This document shows positions 39,811-47,258 of a stretch of DNA of 64,000 bases, piece after piece (positions within the stretch are counted from its first letter, which is position 1; each line of letters starts with the position of its first letter). The notes below the pieces were generated by a model. The model did not search any database and was not told where the DNA came from. It worked only from the letters and a program-made list of their open reading frames with translations. The stretch lies in the IMG/VR virus record IMGVR_UViG_3300036846_000738, positions 1 to 64,000 of that record; one strand, 5' to 3'. This DNA is from a virus. Position numbers and translations under genes: made by a program.

Positions 39811-40251
39811 ATGTCCGAGTATGGAAGCCTCCGCGAAAAGATCGCGGCAGAATCGGAAGCCCGCAAGATCAAGTACGCGGCTTTCGAGGTGGCTTACGCA
39901 AAGGCCGCCGCGGCGGGCAAGGCCGCCGGTGAGGCCGCGATGCCTTGCCCGATGATCGTCCAACAGCGCGCGTCGCCGCTCAATGACAACTCGGTGGTGG
40001 TGCAGCAGTGGCGCGTGCCCGAGGGCATGTGCGGCTTTGCTTGGGTCACGGTCTCTCCCGGCAACTGCGCGTTCGCGAATTGGCTCAAGAAGAACAAGTT
40101 CGCCAGCAAGGCCTACGGTGGCGGCGTCCAAATCTGGATCAACGCCTTCAATCAGTCGGTCGAGCGAAAGGAAGCCTGCGCCAACGCGATGGCTGCGGTG
40201 CTGCGCGAAGAACTCGGCGTCAAGGCCTTTAGCGGTTCGCGATTGGACTGA
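39811..40251 (+). CDS. Phage hypothetical protein (CGFAWV...QS.ERKEA.A family)
   Basis: AAGGA RBS; GMCGFAWV, NQSVERKEACANA, C-terminal SRLD. Confidence 0.8.
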   Translation: MSEYGSLREKIAAESEARKIKYAAFEVAYAKAAAAGKAAGEAAMPCPMIVQQRASPLNDNSVVVQQWRVPEGMCGFAWVTVSPGNCAFANWLKKNKFASKAYGGGVQIWINAFNQSVERKEACANAMAAVLREELGVKAFSGSRLD

Positions 40252-40284
40252 CCCGACCCGTGGGGCGGCGGCGGCGAGCCCACC

Positions 40285-40365
40285 TAAAGCCTCGCCTGCC
40301 TAGCCTCGCCAAAACCCGGCCGAGCCCCGCCGCGCCTATCCGCACCTTGCCTCCGCCATCTTGCA
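40285..40365 (-). repeat. Short copy of the GG-pentamer array in the opposite orientation
   Basis: gcctc gcct gccta gcctc gccaa ... gcccc gccgc gccta ... acctt gcctc. Confidence 0.6.
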
Positions 40366-40393
40366 CGAAAGCTCGTAGAAACTGAAAGGAAAA

Positions 40394-40741
40394 ATGAAAA
40401 TGAAAGTCTACTCAAGCCCGATCCCGGCGCCGGAATATGACTACGCCAATTACGACCGCGACAAGGTCATGGCGGCAGAGGACGAGCATAGCGTCAAGCT
40501 CAAGGCGTGGCTGCTGGCCAACGGCTACAACGGCAAGCGCACCGGCGAGATCGCCAGCTTCCCGATCGCCGACGGCTACGCCTCCTACATGCTCGGCGAC
40601 GGCAAGAAGTCCTGCCTGATCCACCTGCCCTATGGCGACGCCTACAACTATCCCGACGTGCGGTTCCTGCCGAAGGCCGAAGTGCTCAAGCGGATCGACT
40701 CCAGCAAGCGCATGGCGGCCCTGTTTGCCAAAAAATCGTAA
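40394..40741 (+). CDS. Hypothetical protein
   Basis: AAGGA RBS; FPIADGYASY...HLPYGDAY; stop overlaps R7. Confidence 0.75.
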   Translation: MKMKVYSSPIPAPEYDYANYDRDKVMAAEDEHSVKLKAWLLANGYNGKRTGEIASFPIADGYASYMLGDGKKSCLIHLPYGDAYNYPDVRFLPKAEVLKRIDSSKRMAALFAKKS

Positions 40742-40811
40742 TACGACCTCTTGACGTATAGGCCACAATGGCCTAGCTTGAACTTGCAGGGACCGCGGTA
40801 GTCGCGGTTCC
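40741..40811 (+). promoter_or_regulatory. Cassette repeat R7 plus leader hairpin
   Basis: TTGACG 40751-40756, TAGCTT 40774-40779; GGGACCGCGG-TAG-TCGCGGTTCC. Confidence 0.85.
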
Positions 40812-40832
40812 GGGAACCTCGAAAGGACCCGA

Positions 40833-41036
40833 ATGTCTTGGAAATCGGAAGTGATCGCTGATAGCAGCGGCAAGTGGGCAGGCAACGCGCTGCGCTTCGC
40901 CACCAAGGAAGAGGCAGAGCGCTACGTCGGCGACCTCTCAATGCGCTGGCTGGCGGTGCGCGAAACCCGCGCGGTCGAGAGTGACGAGCCGGTCAACTAC
41001 GCCATCGTCGAAAACGTCCTCACGGCGCTGAGCTGA
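40833..41036 (+). CDS. Hypothetical protein
   Basis: AAGGA RBS; W.GNALRFATKEEAE. Confidence 0.75.
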   Translation: MSWKSEVIADSSGKWAGNALRFATKEEAERYVGDLSMRWLAVRETRAVESDEPVNYAIVENVLTALS

Positions 41037-41039
41037 TCG

Positions 41040-41234
41040 ATGGCCAGAAAACCGAGTGCAAAGAAACTGGCAGAGGCGCGGATCAACCGCGCCGTCGTCG
41101 GGTTCCAAATCCCGATGCTGTCAATCCCGAAACTGTATCGGGCGCTGGAAGCGGCGATCGCTCTCAACATGTCTGACGCTGAATTGAAGGCGGTGGTCGC
41201 CGCCTTCCCCCGCGTGATCACACTGGAGCAATGA
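41040..41234 (+). CDS. Hypothetical protein
   Basis: Operon packing. Confidence 0.6.
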   Translation: MARKPSAKKLAEARINRAVVGFQIPMLSIPKLYRALEAAIALNMSDAELKAVVAAFPRVITLEQ

Positions 41235-41235
41235 A

Positions 41236-41859
41236 ATGGGCTGGACCTTCTATCACAAGCCGAAGGGCATCAAGGCGATCGACGCGATCACGCGCGAGCT
41301 AGGCCCCGCCTTTATGGCACAGCGTTTCGTCGTCGCCTCGGCCACGATCAACGCGGTCCATATCGTCGCGAAATATCATGAGCCGGACAGCAAGGTCTAT
41401 GTCCCCGACGCCGACGGCATGGTGCGCGCAATCCTCGTGTTCAGCATCCGGAGCGTGCCAAAGGCCAAGGACGGCCACAACTTCGGCTACAAGGACATGG
41501 ATGAAGCCATGGGTCCTTACGGCTGCGAGTGCGCGCCCTCGATCATCGCCGCGGCCTCGCCGCTGCGCGATCCGATCGGACCGGAGCCGGAGTATTCGAG
41601 CCTGCGATCGGCGCGGGACTACCGCGAGCGCTCGCTGGCGATGTCCAAGGCCAAGGCCGCCAAGCGCGGCTTGAAGGTTGGCGCCAAGATCAAGCTGCCG
41701 AAACCGCTCTCGTTCTCCGGAATCCTGCTCGACGAGTTCGTCGTCGATCGCTGCCGGGTGCGCGGCCGGAAGGGCCAATCGACCGTGTTCCGGTCGGTCA
41801 AGACCGGCGGCCTGTACGGCCTGTCCGCCCGCGATCTGGCGGAGGCGGTGGTCTCGTGA
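41236..41859 (+). CDS. DUF6927-like protein
   Basis: MGW start; FGYKDMDEAMGP...C.P motif. Confidence 0.65.
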   Translation: MGWTFYHKPKGIKAIDAITRELGPAFMAQRFVVASATINAVHIVAKYHEPDSKVYVPDADGMVRAILVFSIRSVPKAKDGHNFGYKDMDEAMGPYGCECAPSIIAAASPLRDPIGPEPEYSSLRSARDYRERSLAMSKAKAAKRGLKVGAKIKLPKPLSFSGILLDEFVVDRCRVRGRKGQSTVFRSVKTGGLYGLSARDLAEAVVS

Positions 41860-42059
41860 CCGACAATCTCGAAACCGAACTTGAAGCGCTGATCGACCGT
41901 CACGGCCTGACGCACGTTGTCAACACCCTGTCGGTGATCTGCGCCGAGAAGGCCGACCACCTGATCGGCAATTGGCAGGACAAGAACGCTGCGAAAGTTT
42001 GGGCGGCTGACAGCCGCGTGCTCGACAAGGCCGCCCGCGCCATCCGATCCGATGGCTAA
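41856..42059 (+). CDS. Hypothetical protein
   Basis: GTGA overlap; LEALIDRHGL...ICAEKADH; stop overlaps R8. Confidence 0.7.
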   Translation: MTDNLETELEALIDRHGLTHVVNTLSVICAEKADHLIGNWQDKNAAKVWAADSRVLDKAARAIRSDG

Positions 42060-42101
42060 TACGACCCCTTGACATATAGGCCGGAATGGCCTATATTGAG
42101 G
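42059..42101 (+). promoter_or_regulatory. Cassette repeat R8
   Basis: TTGACA 42069-42074, TATATT 42092-42097; 9-bp arms ATATAGGCC/GGCCTATAT. Confidence 0.88.
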
Positions 42102-42119
42102 TTGTCAGGAAAGTAAGCC

Positions 42120-42650
42120 ATGACCCACTACCTAGTTACCAAAGCCCTCGCGTTCGCCACCAAGGCGCACGAGGGCATGTTCCGTAAATGGTCCGGCGAG
42201 CCCTACATTGAGCATCCCAAGCGGGTTGCCGTGCGGCTGTCGGCGCTGGGCTTCGGCCCCGAGGTGATCGCCGCCGCCTTCCTGCACGACGTGGTCGAGG
42301 ATACCGCGACGACCGGCGCCGAGCTGGCCGCCGCGTTCGGCCCGGCCGTCGCCGCGCTGGTCGCGGAGGTCACCAAGCCCATCGTCCCCGGTGGCAACCG
42401 GGCCGCCCGAAAGGCCGCCTTCCGGGCGCATCTGGCGGGCTCGTCCTACGCTGGCGCCTCGATCAAGCTGTCCGACGAGATCGACAACTCAAGCGACGTC
42501 GCGGAGATGAACCCGCGCTTTGCCAAGGTCTATCTGCCCGAAATGTGCGCGGAACTTGCGGTGCTGGGCCACGGTCATCCCGAGCTGGTCACCAAGCTGA
42601 CCGCCAACATCACCGCCGGATTGGCCAAGATCGCCGCTATGACGGCTTGA
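42120..42650 (+). CDS. HD-domain protein, small alarmone hydrolase (SpoT/Mesh1-like)
   Basis: AH...R..SGEPYIEHP, AAFLHDVVEDT, FG..VA.LV.EVT, IKLSD..DN. Confidence 0.85.
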   Translation: MTHYLVTKALAFATKAHEGMFRKWSGEPYIEHPKRVAVRLSALGFGPEVIAAAFLHDVVEDTATTGAELAAAFGPAVAALVAEVTKPIVPGGNRAARKAAFRAHLAGSSYAGASIKLSDEIDNSSDVAEMNPRFAKVYLPEMCAELAVLGHGHPELVTKLTANITAGLAKIAAMTA

Positions 42651-42679
42651 CATATAGGCCACAATGGCCTACATCGGGA
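42637..42679 (+). promoter_or_regulatory. Cassette repeat R9
   Basis: TTGACA 42647-42652 (contains the HD gene stop), TACATC 42670-42675. Confidence 0.85.
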
Positions 42680-42700
42680 GCGCAAGCAGAAAGGACCCCC

Positions 42701-42925
42701 ATGCCACGATATTACGACGACGACTATTACGACCGGGACTATGACAGCGAAATCGAGTTCGCCGATCCCGGCGGCCGGTCTGCCTTGCGCGCCGCCAGCA
42801 AGACCAACCCGCGCAACCTGCCCTGCCCCAACTGCGGCGCGAAGAACCGGCTGACGCCAGCCGATCGCGCGCTGGGCTACCAGTGCGATGCCTGCGCCGA
42901 TCGCGCCGAACGGGGACACGACTGA
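42701..42925 (+). CDS. Small zinc-ribbon protein
   Basis: AAGGA RBS; CPNC...CDAC. Confidence 0.75.
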   Translation: MPRYYDDDYYDRDYDSEIEFADPGGRSALRAASKTNPRNLPCPNCGAKNRLTPADRALGYQCDACADRAERGHD

Positions 42926-42926
42926 C

Positions 42927-43154
42927 ATGAGCGGTAAAATCAAAACCATCAAGCTGTCCTACCCGACGCCGAACTGGGCTCGTGATTTCGATCCCAAGGC
43001 GCCCGGCGCCGAGCCCAACGTCTACACAATTTTGCAGGTCACCGACTCGATCGAGTTCTCGCCCAAGCAGCAACTGCGCAAGGCACAGGTCGAAAGCCTG
43101 TGCGCCAGTCGCGAGTGGAAGGTGACCATCGTCCCGCCGCCGCCGAAAATATGA
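42927..43154 (+). CDS. Hypothetical protein
   Basis: Operon packing; stop lies within R10. Confidence 0.65.
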   Translation: MSGKIKTIKLSYPTPNWARDFDPKAPGAEPNVYTILQVTDSIEFSPKQQLRKAQVESLCASREWKVTIVPPPPKI

Positions 43155-43191
43155 CCCCTTGACATATAGGCCACAATGGCCTATATCAGGA
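43149..43191 (+). promoter_or_regulatory. Cassette repeat R10
   Basis: TTGACA 43159-43164, TATATC 43182-43187; ATATAGGCC-ACAAT-GGCCTATAT. Confidence 0.88.
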
Positions 43192-43212
43192 TTGAAAGAG
43201 AGAAGGACCCGA

Positions 43213-43572
43213 ATGAAGATTTTCACCAAAGACGTTGTGGCGCGACTGGCCGCCAATGGTCGCGCCACCCGACTGGCGCAGCAAGCTGGCGAGAGCGAGC
43301 CGGACCACAATCCGGTGCTCAAGGTGTTCAACCCGGCCGGAGCCGCCACATGGCTGCTGACCGAGTCCGACCCCGGTGATCCGGATTGCCTGTTCGGCCT
43401 CTGCGACCTCGGCATGGGCTCGCCGGAGCTGGGCAACGTGCTGCGCTCCGAGCTGGAAACCGCCAAGGGCCGCTTCGGTCTCGGCATGGAGCGCGACCGC
43501 TGGTTCAAGGCGGATAAGCCGCTGTCGGCCTACACCGCCGACGCCAGCCGCAAGCAACGGATCGACGCATAA
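43213..43572 (+). CDS. DUF2958-like protein
   Basis: PVLKVFNPAGAATWLLTE...LFGLCDLGMG.PELG...ERDRWF. Confidence 0.85.
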   Translation: MKIFTKDVVARLAANGRATRLAQQAGESEPDHNPVLKVFNPAGAATWLLTESDPGDPDCLFGLCDLGMGSPELGNVLRSELETAKGRFGLGMERDRWFKADKPLSAYTADASRKQRIDA

Positions 43573-43796
43573 TGGTCCCGAGCAAAACACTTGAAATCGT
43601 CGGCACCGGTCAGGCTGCCGCTCAAATCAGGTTCAAGGCGCACGAGAGCTACGCGCTCGACGGCATCGACTTGAACGACCTCGCCATCCTCGCCATCCGG
43701 CTCAACTCCCGCATGGTCGATGGCGACGAATTACGCGACTGGCAGAACAGGATCAACCTGATGCTGTCGAACGTCGCAACACAGGAAGGCAAATAA
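43572..43796 (+). CDS. Hypothetical protein
   Basis: TAATG overlap. Confidence 0.6.
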   Translation: MVPSKTLEIVGTGQAAAQIRFKAHESYALDGIDLNDLAILAIRLNSRMVDGDELRDWQNRINLMLSNVATQEGK

Positions 43797-44159
43797 ATGG
43801 AACTGCGCGAACCAAACTACCACGAGTTCACCCATCTGCCGCAGTGGACCCAAGCCATTTGGATCGGCAAGTCAGGCGACGGCAAGCTCGCGAATGAGTT
43901 CGACCCCTACAAGTGGTCGGGCGACAAGCCGCCGCCCGCGATCGGCGAAAAGATCAAGGTGCTGTGCAACGGCTTGGGCAAGGGCACGGTGCTGCGCTAC
44001 TTCGCCGAATATGGCTGGCTCGGCATGATCGTCCAGTTCGACAAGCCGCCGAAATGGTATCGGCAGCAGAACGGCGACAAGCCCGGCCACGTTTTCGGTA
44101 TCGACCTCAACCCCCGCAGCAAACTGCTGCCTCAACCTGCAAAGGAATCCCGTGTCTGA
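43797..44159 (+). CDS. Hypothetical protein (SH3-like beta barrel?)
   Basis: WSG..PPPAIGEKIKV..NGLGKGTV. Confidence 0.65.
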   Translation: MELREPNYHEFTHLPQWTQAIWIGKSGDGKLANEFDPYKWSGDKPPPAIGEKIKVLCNGLGKGTVLRYFAEYGWLGMIVQFDKPPKWYRQQNGDKPGHVFGIDLNPRSKLLPQPAKESRV

Positions 44160-44715
44160 ATATCTCTCCTGTGCCGAGACCGCCAAGCTGGTGCGTGCAG
44201 CACTCAAGAAGGCCTTCCCCGGCATCAAGTTTTCGGTGCGCTCACACGTCTACTCTGGCGGTGCCTCGATCAATGTCCGCTGGACCGACGGTCCATCGAG
44301 CAAGGCGGTCAAGGCGATGGCCGGGGCCTACTCCGGCGGCAACTTCGACGGCATGATCGACATGGCGTTTTCGAACTCGTCGTGGCTGATGCCGGACGGA
44401 TCGGCGGCGCTTGCTTCCTCGCCGGGCTCCACTGGCTCGATGGGCGTCTATGCGCCGTATGACCACAAGGCCCCGGCGCCCGGCGCCCGCAAGGTCCGCT
44501 TCGGAGCGGACTTCGTGTTCTGCGACAAGGACTGGTCGATCGAGACCTACACCACCGCGGCGAAAAAGGTCTGCGCCGATTACGGCGTCGAGCTGCCGGA
44601 GATCAAAATCAGCGGCGGCCCCTACATCGCCAACGTCTGGAGCATCAAGGTGCCCAACGCCGACACCGATCTCGGCACCCTGATCAACCGCGAATTGCAG
44701 CAGGAGAACGCATGA
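44152..44715 (+). CDS. LPD29-like (large polyvalent protein-associated) domain protein
   Basis: ETAKLVRAALKKAFPGIKFSVRS..YSGG.SI.V.WTDGP...FDGMID. Confidence 0.8.
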   Translation: MSEYLSCAETAKLVRAALKKAFPGIKFSVRSHVYSGGASINVRWTDGPSSKAVKAMAGAYSGGNFDGMIDMAFSNSSWLMPDGSAALASSPGSTGSMGVYAPYDHKAPAPGARKVRFGADFVFCDKDWSIETYTTAAKKVCADYGVELPEIKISGGPYIANVWSIKVPNADTDLGTLINRELQQENA

Positions 44716-45239
44716 CGCCGAACAATGACTACGGGCTGTTGATCGAGCCGATCAACCGCTACGGCGCCGAATATATCGATGCGCGCGTCGTGCGCCGCGA
44801 CCCGAAATACGAACACCCGATCGGCTGCCCCAGCGACGGCGATGTTTTCTTGGGCTACGGCACGCCGAAACATTTGCTTGGCTTGGTGCTGGACGGGCTC
44901 GGCATGTACGGTTTCGTCACCGACGGCAACGATCCCACCTTCATCGGCACTGAGATCGAATTTCGCGAGACCTACGGCATCAACGAACCCAAGCTGCGGC
45001 GGATGCTGAAAACGATGCGGCGCGTCAACGCCCGAATCGCCAAGGATCAAGCGCGCGAGCCGGGCGACAAATTCACGTCACTGGCCGCGGCGCTAAAGCT
45101 CTCGTTCGCGGTCGAGCGGATCGCCCGGCGCGGCGATGGCCGTGACTGGCGCTGGATGTCAATCGCCGAAGGCCGCAACCGCTACCGCGCCCTGATCGAC
45201 ACCGCGGTCGCCGCCGCCGTGTCGCGGAAGATCGCTTAA
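44712..45239 (+). CDS. Hypothetical protein
   Basis: AGGAG RBS, ATGA overlap. Confidence 0.7.
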   Translation: MTPNNDYGLLIEPINRYGAEYIDARVVRRDPKYEHPIGCPSDGDVFLGYGTPKHLLGLVLDGLGMYGFVTDGNDPTFIGTEIEFRETYGINEPKLRRMLKTMRRVNARIAKDQAREPGDKFTSLAAALKLSFAVERIARRGDGRDWRWMSIAEGRNRYRALIDTAVAAAVSRKIA

Positions 45240-45257
45240 CCCATGGAGAATACAGGA

Positions 45258-45614
45258 ATGACCAAATTCAAAATAATGCTGGCGGCAGCTTTGCTCGCTG
45301 CCAGCTCGCTCCACGCGCTTTCTGCTTCGGAGAAAGAGGAAGAGGTCGCCAGCCGATCTGCAGCAATCCTGCTACTGGCCATCAACAAGTGCGGTCCAAG
45401 CAAGTTCGACAGTCTTCGCGCGATGGACCAACTCGACACCGTGTACAGCGCGACCGGCGTCAACCCGGCCAACTATCCCGAGGGCGAGTGGACGCGGAAG
45501 ATTTTCTTCACCATGAGCCAGACGGATTTCCTGCGGAAAGTTCGCGACGACGATCCGCCGATGGTGAAAGCCTTCTGTAGTTCCATCGCCGAAAGGTTTC
45601 CAAACAAAGACTGA
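45258..45614 (+). CDS. Secreted/periplasmic protein with two Cys
   Basis: Signal peptide MTKFKIMLAAALLAASSLHALSA. Confidence 0.65.
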   Translation: MTKFKIMLAAALLAASSLHALSASEKEEEVASRSAAILLLAINKCGPSKFDSLRAMDQLDTVYSATGVNPANYPEGEWTRKIFFTMSQTDFLRKVRDDDPPMVKAFCSSIAERFPNKD

Positions 45615-45705
45615 CAACACGGGCGCCAACCGCCGGGGCGGGTTGATCTCAGGATCGCCCGCCCCAAACCTTATTTGCCACAACCCCTTAACCCACGGCC
45701 CATTC

Positions 45706-45734
45706 TTGTCTTTTTTGACAGAATGGCCTAGATA
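45706..45734 (+). promoter_or_regulatory. Promoter of the HTH gene carrying the right operator half-site
   Basis: TTGTCT-17 bp-TAGATA with AATGGCCTA in the same register as R1-R10; ATG lies 8 nt after the -10 box (probably leaderless). Confidence 0.65.
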
Positions 45735-45742
45735 AGTGATTC

Positions 45743-45946
45743 ATGATGACCGCCGAACAATATCGAGCCGCGCTAGAGCGACTGCAAATGACTCAGGTCG
45801 CCGCTGGCGAGCTGTTTCGCGTTGGTGCGCGAACCTCCCGGCGCTGGGCGCTGGACGAGGCTCGCGTTCCCTTCGCCGTAGCCGCATTGCTGCATTTAAT
45901 GCTAAAGAAGCGACTCAAGCCGCGGGATTTACTCGCGCTGGAGTAA
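45743..45946 (+). CDS. Small HTH regulator, candidate cassette repressor 2
   Basis: MTAEQYRAALERLQMTQVAAGELFRVGARTSRRWALDEARVPFAVAALLHL. Confidence 0.8.
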   Translation: MMTAEQYRAALERLQMTQVAAGELFRVGARTSRRWALDEARVPFAVAALLHLMLKKRLKPRDLLALE

Positions 45947-45953
45947 GCACACC

Positions 45954-46127
45954 ATGGCCAAGGAAAAAGAGGCCGCTCCCAAAATTCCGCCGACTGAGAT
46001 TCGCGACGGCAACGGCAACCTGATTCCGCCGGAGCATTTCGATGACGATCAGCGCCCGACTGGCGACGTCGACAAGTCGCCCGGCTCGCTCTACGACCAT
46101 CTGGTCCAGCGCGACAAGAAAAAGTAA
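45954..46127 (+). CDS. 57-aa hypothetical protein (not in ORF track)
   Basis: GGAG RBS; MAKEKEAAPKIPP...QRDKKK; stop directly abuts the convergent zeta-like gene. Confidence 0.6.
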   Translation: MAKEKEAAPKIPPTEIRDGNGNLIPPEHFDDDQRPTGDVDKSPGSLYDHLVQRDKKK

Positions 46128-47258
46128 TCACTTGCTCCGCGCGTGCAGCTTCGGCGACGAGCCCATGTTGTCGTAGACTTCCCAGTAATCCATGTCGTTG
46201 CGGTGACTGTCGAAGGTGTGTTCGTTGCTCACCGAACTCAGGGAATATTCCGGCGCCACGAACCGGCCCTTGCCGTTCTTCTCGTTGCCGTGGACGAAGC
46301 GCCCCAGTGCGCGCTCGGCGGCGGTCGCGGGACTGGCGTACATGTAGTGGCCTGAAATCTTGTAGCCCGCCGCCTTGTACTGCGCGATCCGCTTGGCGAG
46401 CGAGGTGTTGCTTTTCAGCGTCGCGTCGACGATGACGTTCAACTTGTTGTCGCGCGCGTACTGTTCCATCACCTCGCCGACGTGGCTCGCTTCCTCGTGC
46501 AGCAGCGAGGCGTTCCAGCCCTTGTATTCCGGCAGGCTTTCCTTGACGTCGTCGTTGTTGATGTACGCCGCCTTGCTGGCATCGACGGTGCCATTTTTGC
46601 CGGTGAACCAGCCCTTGCCGGAGCCGCCCCGGCCGCCAAGAATGTAGAGCGTTGGCTTCTCGCCCGCCGCTGGCGCCGCCGCCTTGACCACTTCCGGCGA
46701 CATCAGCTTGTCGACGATCTGCCGGTGAACCGGCAGACGGTCCGGCGCCCAGTGCCCGTTCGGCAACTTGTAGCCGCCCGCGCTTTGCTGACCGTCGGTC
46801 GGGAAGTCTTCGGACAATTTCTGGCGTGCCGCGGCGTCCTGCTCGCGGGAGCCCGGCACTTTCGCGTAGAGATCATCGAGCGTCACATCCTCGATCTTCA
46901 GCAGCGACGACGCCGAGGTCGGATCGCTGGCATGATCCTCACCGCCTCCGCCACCACCATCGCCGCTACTGAACTGGCCACCTTGCGGGCTGCCGCCGGG
47001 CTCGTGATGCGGATTGAACTTTTGCAGCAGCGCCTGCGACCGGCTCTTGGTGCGCGCCCATTGGCTCTTGAGCCGGGCCGCTTTCTGTTCGGCCTGCTGT
47101 TCGGCGAGCCACTTCGCGCGGTTGCGCGCGCGAATCGGCGTCATGATCTTTTGGTCGATCGGATAGTCGACCGGGCCGATGATCGCCGCGTGCAGATCGG
47201 CGTCCTGCATTGTGCCGTCCTCGTCGAGATAGAAAAATTCCTGACCTTTAGGCGGCAT
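46128..47258 (-). CDS. Zeta-toxin-like P-loop kinase with internal GGQF motif
   Basis: GGRGGSGKG Walker A, INNDDVKESLP, HEEAS, NVIVDATL, RALGR...GRFV; AGGAG RBS. Confidence 0.8.
   Translation of the reverse strand: MPPKGQEFFYLDEDGTMQDADLHAAIIGPVDYPIDQKIMTPIRARNRAKWLAEQQAEQKAARLKSQWARTKSRSQALLQKFNPHHEPGGSPQGGQFSSGDGGGGGGEDHASDPTSASSLLKIEDVTLDDLYAKVPGSREQDAAARQKLSEDFPTDGQQSAGGYKLPNGHWAPDRLPVHRQIVDKLMSPEVVKAAAPAAGEKPTLYILGGRGGSGKGWFTGKNGTVDASKAAYINNDDVKESLPEYKGWNASLLHEEASHVGEVMEQYARDNKLNVIVDATLKSNTSLAKRIAQYKAAGYKISGHYMYASPATAAERALGRFVHGNEKNGKGRFVAPEYSLSSVSNEHTFDSHRNDMDYWEVYDNMGSSPKLHARSK

Noticed and set aside
3546-43191. The ~43-bp repeats as a CRISPR array
   Set aside because: Within-array spacing is about 230-1300 bp and filled by whole genes, the repeats vary and contain promoter boxes, and no cas genes are seen.
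38327-43191. The repeats as integron attC sites
   Set aside because: No RYYYAAC/GTTRRRY ends and no long bulged hairpin; each unit has its own promoter; the integrase looks like an arm-binding phage type rather than IntI.
38337-43212. ORF-track N-terminal extensions such as MTYRPKWP, MTYRPQWP and MAYI, suggesting a shared peptide leader
   Set aside because: These are translations of the promoter repeat; better starts with an RBS lie downstream.
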